Shown here piece after piece: positions 12,001 through 24,400 of a stretch of DNA of 64,000 nt. This stretch comes from Lytechinus pictus (taxonomy: Eukaryota). The stretch is taken from the NCBI RefSeq assembly GCF_037042905.1, contig NC_087252.1:2232001-2296000 (forward strand). The letters run 5' to 3'. Both the position numbers and the translations under genes were made by a program. The notes beneath the pieces were generated by a model. The model was given only the letters and a program-made list of their open reading frames with translations, did no database searches and was not told the origin of the DNA. Numbering within the stretch: the stretch's first letter is position 1; each line of letters starts with the position of its first letter.

Positions 12001-15000
12001 TAGTTCTTATTCCTATTTACTTGCCATTTTCCTTTGGGTTTTACACCATAGTCTGAATGGGGTTTCCAAAGTTTCCCTTTACATCTACACATTCCCCCCG
12101 AATTACCATTTTAACACCATTATTTAGACATTATTAACACATGTTCTTTCATGGTTCCTTTCCTACTTTTTTCACAATACAGACCAAGTGCGACAGGTCA
12201 ATTATTCTACCAAAGTACCAGAAGGAACATTCGAACAAATCCTGCTTGACCTAAAAGAAAAAAAAGCAATTAAAAAATTCCTTAATAACTTGTGTCAACG
12301 AGAAAATGTAGTCACAGAAATTGAGACAATCAATGACTCAAATGACTCTGAAGAGGGCAATATGGACGTGGAAAAGTCAGCTCCCGCCAAAGCAATCAGT
12401 GCTACCCACGACGGTCAAGAAAACAGAGAAAACACAGCTCCCGCCAAAGCAATCAGTGACACGCATGACGGTAAAGAAAACAAGGAAAACATAGCTCCCG
12501 CCAAAGAAGTCAGTGATATCCATGACGTTGACCAGAACAAGGAAAAGTCAGCTTCCGGCATGCGAAAGTTAAAGGAATGGAATAAAGGTCCTTTCAAACA
12601 GAATCCGTTTGTTCTAGTCAGTCTTGCTCTAGAGAGAGCAGGTTATGTCCATATCTCCAAGACCTTCTTTGACGGTGGGTATCTTTCTATTTGACATAAC
12701 TGTTACACCAGAACGGTTTACTGACATCATTGTGATTGATGTGATGACTTGAGAATGAGTTTTCACAATTATGGTACTTCACTTTAATAAGTTGGTTAGT
12801 TTACACCTGCGGTCCTTTAAAAAAAAAACCTCAAAAATAGTACTTTGTGATTGAGGAAAAAGAACGTTTAAAAAGAATAACTTAAGCCCCGTAACAAAAA
12901 GGTTAGCGATGAATCGCTAATTTGAAAGTACAATTTCGATTTGTTCCTCGTCAGTCTAATCAGCAAAATGCGCATGCAACGATGATCTTGATAGGCCGTT
13001 TCATTTAACAATTCTTCGCTAATCTTTGTGTTACGGGGCCAAGGTTTATCTTCATCAATAGCGTCTCATTATTTTCATGACTGCAGTATTAGTGTTTGCA
13101 TATTTATGCCATTTTACTACCAGAAAAGATTTACGGTATCTGATGATTTTTCGGGAGCACCAAAATATGGCAGGATATATTTGCTTGATCATGTTGAAGG
13201 TACAGCAGAATAACACCTTTTGATAATTTGAAAGTGCAATGCTACCTAATGGTCAGAAAAAAAGGTATACAATCTATCGTTTTAATAATACTATATGAGT
13301 CATGTTGTATATATGCATTTGTGATGAGTAAACAAGGTAAAATGTATTGAATTACGTTTGTCATTATTCGACTGTGAATTACACACTTTAGACATAAATA
13401 AATGTATATTTAATTTTGTTATTTTTTGTTAAATGTATTGATAAATCTACAAAAGAGGCGCAGATATTAACAATCGTCCAAAACATTCCCTTGCAGGCCC
13501 TGTATCCTATTACGAGCTTAGATCATTGATGCACGACCTACATACACCTAGCCTAGAGAAGTTAAGAAAAACAATTTGCGAGCTAGGAATCGACGAGACA
13601 AGTGCAAATAACTTTGGTCCGCAACAAATCTACGACTATCTGTGTCAGTGGAAAGACGGACACCCCCAGGTAGATCAAGGAAAATTATTACATGACGCGC
13701 TTTTAAGAGCCGGTCATGAGGAAGCCTGGTCGAAAGTCTTAGGTAAGTAAAGTAGCAATATTTCGTTTTAACTAATTGAACGTTACATGAACACGAAAAT
13801 CTCATATGCCTAAATAATAATGATAATTCTAATAATAATGATAATAATTATTATTATTATATACCTAAATCTATATTTTACAATTGTACAAGATACCAGT
13901 TTAGTATGCTGCCCTTTCCATATGCAAACTTGAAAACGCAATGTTGACCAAATTACTCCATCATGAGAGAAGGTTTCATTACTAAAATTCCATCTACTCC
14001 CCCTCAAAAAAAAAATTAAAATAAAACATGAAGAAAACAAAACAGGCAAGTATAATGCAAATAAAACAACAAGTTTTGATCATGATCCAGGTGCCGTTTT
14101 AACGAACGAAACAGTTTAATACGCCATTATGTTACAACTGACCTTCTAGCATGTTAATAACGATGGTTGTCATTACTTGCACGCTGTACATGCTGTAAGC
14201 AATCTTTTACATTTGCACAACGCATTTTACCATTACAACAATGCACCCTGGAATACACCAGACGGTGCCCTGTACTCTTTCTAGAAGAGTAAGAAGTAAT
14301 AATGAAAATGATAATAATACTAAAAAACGTATTATTACTTTCATACAAAATGACGATCTACATAAAGACATAAATTATGTTGTTTCCCAAATAGAGATTC
14401 GTTTTGTTACAAATATATAAAACAAAAAGTGAATTTACTATGTGTTGAACCTTCCCCCTTAAGAACAAAGGAAGAAAAAATCAGATGTATGTGAAAGTAC
14501 GTTCAAGAAGATACTCTGTAACGTCACAGCCCCAGCAGTGATACAGCAGCTCCTGAAAAGGCTAGACCCAGACATAGCTAAAGATTTGGATACCTCACTT
14601 GAGACAGATTTTACGCCAAAAGCCTTGGAAGCAATGAAGGAATGGAATGAAAGACCTCTCAATGAAAATAGAATGATCTTGTTAAGCCGTGCCTTGGAGA
14701 AAGCTAAATGCAGGCCGATTGACATGACTTTTCTCTACGGTAAGAGGTGGAGTGAATTTTCTTACACCCATTTTATTTTCGTCTCGCCGGCATAGCAGGT
14801 CGTGACATAGGCGCCGCTTTTCCGACGACGGCGGCGGCGTCGTCGACATTGAAATCTTAACCTGACGTTTTTGAAATGTCATCTTAAATTAAAAGGTATA
14901 AGGACCCATTTCATGAAACATAAACGTAGTGGTAATCAAGTATTACTGAACATCCTGCTTAGCTTTCAGGTAACATGATCAATGTCAAAGGACATTTAGG

Positions 15001-18000
15001 GTCAATGGACCATAAATGACATTTGACCATGTTTGGGTATTTGTTGAATAATCATAACTTTGAAAGTCACAAGATATGGATCTAGTTCATGACAATTGGC
15101 CATACTTGTAAGAGTAATAAAGTATCCCTGAAAACTCTGTGCGAGTTTCAGGTCAGATGACGAATGTTAAATTATTGTTTATGGTTAATGAACTTAAATT
15201 ATATGGGAGGATTAAAAAACAAATCTTAACAGAGGTTAAGTTTTTTTAAATGTCATAACTTTGAAAATATATGAATGTAGTACCTGAACTTTAGACACTA
15301 GACCAATCAACTATCAGCAAATACCCTGCATGAGTTTCAAGTCACATGACCAAGGTCAAACCGTCAAAGGTCATTTAGGGTCAGTGAACTTAGACCATGT
15401 TGGGAAAACATTACAATTTTAACCTAAGGTCAAGTTTTTGAAATGTCTTAACAGAAGGGTATACATTCTTCATGAAACTTTGGCATAACTGCAATCAAGC
15501 ATTACTAAAAATCCTGCCCAAATCTTAGGTCTCATAGTCAAGGTCAAAAGTCATTAAGGGTCAATAAACATAGCATTTTTATTATCATATGAATGGTGCT
15601 TTTGTGAATATGTCGTTTCCAGAGTCAGCACTGCTTTTATTTTGAATTCCCGAATACAGTCAAGACTGCCGTAGGCGTTCCACTTGTTTTAATAAGGATG
15701 GCCTTATACAGTTTACAATTAATAATTTAGCTTATCATGTACGATATTTTTTCTTGATAAATGGAATAACGTCCTTACACCACCTGGAGACTGGCAAATG
15801 ATAAATATGAACATTCATCATTTCATCAATTTCAAAGATTTGATCTATATTGCATTTTACCACGTTTACATTGCACATTCGTTGATATATATAAAACCTG
15901 AAATCTAAAATGGTTAATCCCTGAAATCTATATTTTCACTTTCTCCAAATCAGAAACTATGTCATATTTTGAGCTGTGGTCAATGGTTCATTTCGACTTT
16001 GATACTAATGTGATAATGTTACCATTACGTGATGCTTTGAAGGCGATGGGAGTACTAGGTATAGATGAGACAATTAGTCGGCATGAGCTTTATCATCTTC
16101 TTTGTAAATGGAAGGAAGAACACTCTAATTGCGACCAACGTCTGGTGTTCAAAGTTCACTTGCTTAACGAAGGACTTCACAAAGAATGGGAAAATCTCAG
16201 TGGTAAGTGAAATGGATTTATTTCAATTCTAATGAAGAAAACATAAATATTTTTTTATACATTCTTTAAAGGAATTTATTCTAATAACGGCAGGGAGGAG
16301 GGTGGGAGGTACGAAAGATAAGAAATTATAGGTGTAAAGTTAATTTTCCCACCACGCACATCGTCGGTGCTCTAATTAGTAATAGACACCAGGTCTTAGT
16401 GGAATTTGCGTAACGCGCGCGTGTGTTTATGGTGATTATGTGGAAGGTTCCATGACATTTGTTCAGGCGACAATTTCTCTGTTCTATATTCCCCACACTA
16501 TTCAAATGGCGAACTTTTAATCTATGTTTAACACTTTATCCTACCCTAACCCTAAACATAACATAAAACCATATTGCAACCCTAACCCTACATCTTTGAC
16601 GAAATTAATGTAAAGCCTTGAGCAATTGTCCCATAAACAAATGTGTCACCGTGGGGAAAGGGGATAGGCGGTAGTCCCCTTTCCCCACGGTGACCGCGTT
16701 ACATTTTTTTTAATTAGACTTCTTTTATAATTTGTGTCTATTCTGTAATTGAAATCGGCTGAAGATTTATGAATGACATGGACGCCACCTCCTTATTTCA
16801 GATCTGAGGCTTGGAACAGACCGGATCATTTCTGATGAAACACTGGAACATATTTTGTGGCACTTGAAAACTCCAGGAAAGATCCAACATTTTATTCATA
16901 AGCTGACCAATACCGACCAAGAATCAATACCTGAAGATTCAAATCTACCAGAGAGCATCAGGATTGCTCTGACTAGATTGGAGTTGTGGAAGAAGGGCCC
17001 CATCAATATACATCCTGTGATTCTATTAAGCGAAGCGCTGGAATCAGCAAAATGCTCTAACGTTGCCATGACCTTCTTTCAAGGTAATTATATGAAAGAA
17101 CGAAGGTTCAGTCTTGTCTTTTTATTCAAGCATGCATAGATGATATCAGATATCACATTTGCAAAAAACAAACAAACACAAAAAACGCCTACCGGAGGTG
17201 TGGTCAAGGAATATTATATATGAAAAAAAATATCAGAAAGTTAAATGAGCAACTAGACCAAAAGCTTCAGTCTCTGTATTTTGGTTGTTCCGCTGAACTG
17301 CGTTGGCTTCTCTCTCCAGTACATAGACTGAAGTATTGTTGGCTCATACGTAAAGACAACGTTTTATCAGTAACGTTAGATCTGAAATTCGGCGGAAACC
17401 CGATTTTCGGATCGTTTTTTGTACATCTACATAAAATTTCACATTAAAAAAAATAATTTCATCCAACCAAGAAAATATATAAAATTAAGAAATGTTTGTA
17501 CCTTAGACCGCATTTACCGCAAATTCCTTTCAAATGCTGATCAAAACATAATCATCCTCAGTGGCGGATCCAGGGGGGTGGCGCAGGGGGCGCGCCCCCC
17601 CCCCTAATATTTGAGCGGCGCCGAAGATACACAAACACAAAACCGTTTTCCCTGACTCACTCCAATTCTTGTGTTGCATTTCTCTTGTGGCTCTATTTGT
17701 TACATTTTTACTAGCTTTTATTTGGTTTACCTGGTTAACTCAAATGTTACCACCCTCCATCCCTTTAACGAAATAGACTGTAAATTCATTTAATGTGTTT
17801 TTAAGAAAACTCTCTAAACAGGTGAGGTATACGATGTAAACTTTTTTTTTTCTATCTCTCTCATATTTTTGGCGTTTATGTTCAGTCATTTCTCTCCTTA
17901 TTTTTGGAATGGTGAAACAAAAATGATTTCGTTGTCATTAAACAGGATTGACCGTCGTTTCTTGGGATTTATTTAATAATTTTTTACAGTTTACGACAAT

Positions 18001-21000
18001 CCCCATTCACTGACGTTAGTAAGAGCCCGCATGTGCGCGCGCCCTCCCCCCCCCCTAATATTTGAGTGGCGCCGAAGGCGCCGCTCAAAAAAAATAAAAG
18101 TAAAGTAAAAGAAAGAAAAGGTGCTGCTTGAAAAAATAAAAATAAAGGAAAGAAAAGAAAAGGCGCCGCCTAAAAAAATTATACACTGATATAATATTAG
18201 CAACAGTAAGGAAAGACTATCCCCCAGCAAAGCACAATCATATCATCTTCCTTATCTTTTCTTTTAACTACCCTTTTCCCAACAACTTCGCCGGTTAAAA
18301 ATAATCAGCAGTGCGCTGCCTGCATATAACTGGCGCCAATCAAGAATAATCAGCGCCACCTTAATCTAAATCGGCGCCGGGCAAGAATAATCAGCGCCAT
18401 TTGGTTACAAATCGGCGCCAGTCGAGAAAAATCGGCACTGTCAGAGTCTTAACCGGCGCCGATCAAGGATAATCTGCGCCACCTAAATCTAAATCGGCAC
18501 TAGATAAAAATAATCGGCGCCATCTGGTTATAAATCGGCACCGGTACAGAAAAATCGACGCTGCCTGAGTTCTTAACCGGCGCCGATCAAGGATAATCAG
18601 CGCCACCTAAATCTAAATCGGGGCCGGACAAGAATAATTAGCGCCATCTGGTTATAAATCGCCGCTGCCAGAGTCTTAACCGGCGCCGATCAAGGATAAT
18701 CAGCGCCACCTATATCTAAATCGGTGCTGGTCAAGAATAATCAGCGCCATCTGGTTATAAATCGGCGCTACCTGAGTCTTAACCGGCGCCGATCAAGAAT
18801 AATCAGCTCCACCTAAATCTAAATCGGCGCCGGACAAGAATAATCAGCACCACCTGGTTAAAAATCGGCTCCAGTCAAGAATAATCGGTGCCTTCTGGTT
18901 CTAAATCGGCGCCAGTCAATTATGAATTGCCGCTGCCTGAATCTTACGTGACGTCGGTAAAAATAATCAGCACTACTTGTTCTAAATCGGCGCCGGTCAA
19001 GAATAATCAGCGTCCCCTGGTTCCAATAAATAGGCGCCGGTAGAATAATGAAAAAGGGCCTATTGCCAACCAAATCTAGATCGGCGCCGGTCAAGAATGA
19101 TCAGCGGCACCTGGTTATACATTTTATTGTTGAATGGTCATAACAAAGCTTATCGCATGCACCTTACAGAGTGGACTCGGGCGGGGCAGTTGCCAAAAGA
19201 ATGACAGATGTCATGAAATCTTTAATTTATTTAAAAAATCCCAGAATCATACAAAAGCGTAGAGCAAATCCTTTAATTTTGATCTTATTTTCCGATGCTT
19301 TAATAAAAAGAAGGTCAGTCACTTTTCTTCTTTACACATTCCACATTGTGCCACCTCTATGGCCTTTAGTTTAAGACAGCTACTATAGTGTTTATGAAGA
19401 TGATTCGATATTTTAGCCCAAAACTTTGCTAAAACCCGTTGCTAGTACCGGGAGTGTAAAATTACGCAACCAGTCGTATATTGAGATTGAGCTACACAAC
19501 TCGTTCTTTATTTAAAATCGTGCTTAAATTATCCGCTTCTCAGATTGGAATATACAAATTTTCACCTCGCGCTTCGCGCTCGCATCATTTCTGTAGCAAA
19601 ACCCCATACTTTTCATGATTAAATAGGTGAATAGAATGTCCCTTTTTCAGGAATAAACGTCAAAAGAACTCCCGCTTCGATTTGCAATAATCTTTTGCTG
19701 GATATAATCTTGTTCTTTATTACAAACGTCCATTAAACTGTCATTTTTTTCAGATCGAAATATCAAAGTTTTAAGCTCGCGCTTCACGCTCGCATCTATT
19801 GTTTTTTCAGATACCCATCTTAATCATTGGTATACCAAAAATGCATAGAATATCAAGCTTTACTGGTCAGAATATAAAGAAATTTCAGCTCGCCCTCGGC
19901 ACTCGCATTATCTGTGTAGTGAGATATGTATCCTCCTCATGAGTTACTACAAACAGTCCTAAACAGGCACCTTTTTCCTGTTTTCAGGTCAGTATACTAA
20001 AAAATTTCAGCTCGCGCTTCGCGCTCGCATTAATTTGTTGGTGAGATATGTGTTTCTATCTCATGAGTCATATAAATATATATATATATATGCATATGTG
20101 TGTGTGTGTGTGTTTGTGTGAGTTTGTTTGTTTTGTGTGATATCGAGCGCCCTTGGAAAGTTGATTCATGATTTTGCCCCCCAAATCTTAAAAAAAGGAT
20201 CGACGCCCCTATGTATATATATATATACATATAGTAAAAAAAACTTGTATCTCTATTAATATACAAAAGTATTGGCCTCATCGCAATAAAAGGGTTAATA
20301 CACGAGATTTTGAAATCGCACATAACATGCATAATTTGTGTTACTTTTTGCTTGTTTCTTTCTTTAAAAAGTTTTTCAATCTCTCTCTATATATGTTTTA
20401 AAAAGATTATATGTTTAAATTGATGTATATTTCTGTTATAATGAGATATGTTTAAGTGGACTTCAGGGAATGGTCGTACGCAGAAAGGGGGAAGGGGGCA
20501 CATTCGCGATCTGCTGTTGTGAAAATGTTTTTTTTTTCCTTAACATTTCATGAAAACTATGAAAAATGTGCACCAAATTTTCGAGTCTTGCCCCCCCCCC
20601 CCCCCCGGAAATATTATCTGCGTATGGTCATGCAAAATGGCATGACTGGAAGTCCCACATTTTGAAAAGAGCATTTGACAGGGTCACACTTTAACCCTTT
20701 TTCAACATTTTCTTTTATGGCGCCGGTGAAGTGCAAAAATATGTGCGCTGCTCGCCAAAAGCTGGATCCGCCTATGATCCTCATCCTTTCGTTAGCCATG
20801 GTAAATTGCCATCTTGAATGACGTCATCATACCTACAGACGTCCTTACCAGTCGCCATATATCGCGATTCGTGCCGCTGCGTTGCGCTTGTCTATATATC
20901 GCTAATTTTTGTGTGCGTGCGTTCGGAACTTGTCGCATGCATTGACCGGCCAGGATATCGAACATTTTAATCGGAAAGCCTTGATGTTGTTGTTGTTGTT

Positions 21001-21444
21001 GTTGAATATGATGGCGCCCTTCAATCTCTCCAGATTATACGCGCCAGTCACTTTCGTAAGTAGGACGTCGTCGGCAAAGGAGATCCATACGACGTTAAAC
21101 CATTGGTGACGATTATATGACATATTAATATAGATTAGTCACCCATCCACCTATTATATTAGTAGGTCCTACAAGATTAAACATCTTCGAGGAATAATAC
21201 TTCAATACAAATAGAGAAATTAAATATCGCGCGTGCTAAATGATTGTTCGTGAAAAAGGGCACACCAGCTAACCAATCGGCTACTAGTTATATATTTATA
21301 GAATTTCTTAAAATATTCGTCAAATAACAATTCAAATGTGATATCACATAAAATTACACGTCCTTCTTATTCTTTTGTCTCGTCTTTTCTTAGTTTCTTA
21401 TTAATACAATTTTTAAATCATTCTTGTGTTTGAAAGAAAGAAAG

Positions 21445-21479
<35 letters not shown>

Positions 21480-24400
21480 ACACACACCTAACTGTAAAAA
21501 CGGTTAGTGGCATATATAAAACATAGTAGTTCCCGTGTATAATCGGGATTAATTAACAATTGTTTAAGATTCGGGTCATTCATCTTAAGTTTATTAAACA
21601 TAATGCATCTCTCCTTTACATATTTTAAACAAAATAAAACATAATGTTCAATAGTCTCAAATTCTTTGCACACCTCACAGAGGCCGGAAGAGTGCTGTTT
21701 AATTTGAAACATATAATAGTTTAATTTGCACTTACCTACTGTGATTTGATGAAGGAGGCATTCCTCTTTCCGAGAAAAACCTTTTCTATATGCCTGCTTA
21801 AAAACATTATCATGAATAGCATATAAAAATCGACCATTTCTAGACGCATTCCAATCTGCTTGCCAGATACTTTTATAAAATGTCATGCGTGAGCATGTGA
21901 GTTCGTTTATAGTGTTTGGTAAAACGATGTCTACAAAATTTTTCGCGGCTCCTTTCTTGGCAGCTTTATCGACGATCTCATTGCCGTTAACATCACAATG
22001 TGAGGGAATCCATTCAAAATTAATACAGATATCATTCATACTGAGTTTATGAATTTTAAATAAAATTTCATTAACAATGGTGCATTTTATGAAATATGAA
22101 TCAATCACATTCAGCGCTGACAAAGAGTCGCAAAAAATTACAACTGAACATGGTTTATCAAAGGATTCTAACCACTCAAGTGCCATTAAAATGGCCAGGA
22201 GTTCCGCTCTCATGATACTTACATTGGATAACCTGAAATACTTTTTTATTTTATATTGAGGAACATAAAATGCTGCCCCCGTTCTAAAATTTTCCTGTTT
22301 GGATCCATCAGTATATATATGTAAATAACCATTCCACACAATTCCAATTCTTTCTAGAACGATAGCTTTCATCTCGGCCGTTAGCATATCCTTTTTTCTA
22401 ATTATACGATGAGCACAAAACGACACAGGAGGGCGGGACAAACGCCATTCCGGGATTCTTGTTAATAAGTTGTCTTGCTTCTCTACAAGTACCTCATCAC
22501 TACAGGCTCGAAGTTTGAAAGGTCTTTCCCCTTCCTTCCATTCGTGTCTGTTCGTATGTTCAATGAAAATTTCTCTACTTGGATGGCATAAAGTGCTAAA
22601 CAACAAATAATATCTAAATTTATCATTAAACAGTTTTCTCCGAAGATACAACGGTAATTCACCGGTCAAAACTTGTAAAGACTCTAATGATACATTGTAT
22701 ATCGTTCCTGTGATGATTTTCAAAGCTCTATATTGTATAGAGTCAAGCTTTTTCTTATGAGATGTACAGGCAGAATCATACATTTCACTTCCATAGTCTA
22801 AAACAGATAAAATAAGACCTTTGTATATCATCATCAAAATGTCATACCTATTCCCCCAGGACGTACCCGAAACGCAACGTAATAAATTTAATCTTTTCTT
22901 ACATTTATCAATAATTGCATTAATGTGGCTAGACCAAGTTAGTTTTGAGTCTAACCACATACCAAGAAATTTGAACTGCTCACAATGAGGCAAAACATGC
23001 CCATTTATTTTCAAAGTAATATCTTTCTTTTGATTATTGGTAAAAACTAAAACTACAGACTTTGTGTGAGAAATATTTAATTTCCATCTCCAGCACCAGA
23101 TTTCGATTTCATGGAGGGCTTCTTGCAGCTTTTGGCGAACCAGATCTAAGTTTGAGCTAGTAAACCAAATCGCGATATCATCTGCATAACATGATAGCTT
23201 TACTCCACTTTCTTTAATATTTAAGTCATTTAACATCAATGTAAAAATGACAGGACTTAATGAGCTCCCTTGCGGGATTCCGTGCTCTAATACATACTTG
23301 TCTGACATACTATTGTTAACTTTCACGTTACAATATCTATTTCTTAAGAAAGCTCTAATAAAGAAAAATAATTTTCCACTAATATCTAACATTGACAATT
23401 TTTTCAAGAGACCTCCTTTCCATAACGAATCATACGCCTTTTCCAAGTCTAGAAAAACTGCCACGGTATATTTTTTCTCCTTCAATGCTAAATGAACATC
23501 TGTTTCAATCCTGACTAAATGATCTTTGACGCTACGATATTTGCGGAATCCTGATTGAAGTGGGTTTAACTTCTTCTTATTATCTAAAAACCAATTCAGA
23601 CGGTTTTTAATCATTTTCTCCATGACTTTAAACAGGGTTGATAATAAAGAAATAGGTCTATAGGACGACACTAAACTAGGATCCTTTCCAGGTTTCAAAA
23701 TAGGTATTTGAACAACTTCATACCACTGACAAGGGAAATGTGAAGTTTTCCATATGTCGTTGTACATATCTAATATGACATCAAGCGCTATTTGGGGTAA
23801 GTTTTTTAACATAATCGCATGAATATCATCCTTACCTGGCGCTGAGTTATTCAAATCTTGTAAAACATTCTTCATTTCATTCATGTTAAAATCGTCATTA
23901 ATGCAGTCATCATTCGACATTTCTTTACATAAATTATCTTCATTTTCACCATCATCATGATCATTATTATAAAAAGATCTGTCAATAGACTTGAAAAAAC
24001 GGGCGACCGCATTAGCCTTATCTTTAGATTCACTAATGATATTGCCGTCAACGATTAAATTGTGGAAAATATGAGTGTTCATTGCGCTATCTCTCATTCC
24101 TTTTACTTGTTTCCATACTTTTCCGATATCTGTAAATTTATTCATTTTACCGCAGTATTTAGACCAATAGTCATATCGTGCTCGCCGTTGCACCTTCTGA
24201 GCAAATGCTTTCTTTTTCAAGTATAGTTGAACATCATTTTTATCATAATATCTTCGTAATCTGTTTTTAATATGATTTCTCTCCGCCACCGCTTTTTGAC
24301 ATGCTTCGTTCCACCAGGGAGTTATTTTACCTCTGTTTTCTCCTCCTATTCGCACTCGACGAATACACCTCTTCGAAGCATTCAAGATTACCTTAACTAT

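Noticed and set aside
13502-13519. ITIM VSYYEL in exon 8 (and similar YxxL in exon 10)
   Set aside because: It lies in the predicted first helix of the repeated domain, and copy B has VSFYEL, so the tyrosine is not conserved.
16543-16590. Interstitial telomere
   Set aside because: Only a few scattered CCCTAA units inside a small MITE-like repeat.
18290-19118. CRISPR-like array
   Set aside because: Eukaryotic intron, degenerate units with no unique spacers, and no cas genes; it is a minisatellite.
21446-21477. Poly(A) tail of the LINE
   Set aside because: The element is on the minus strand, so this is a U-tract in its 3' UTR; the real end is the (CAA)n tail and TSD near 20986.
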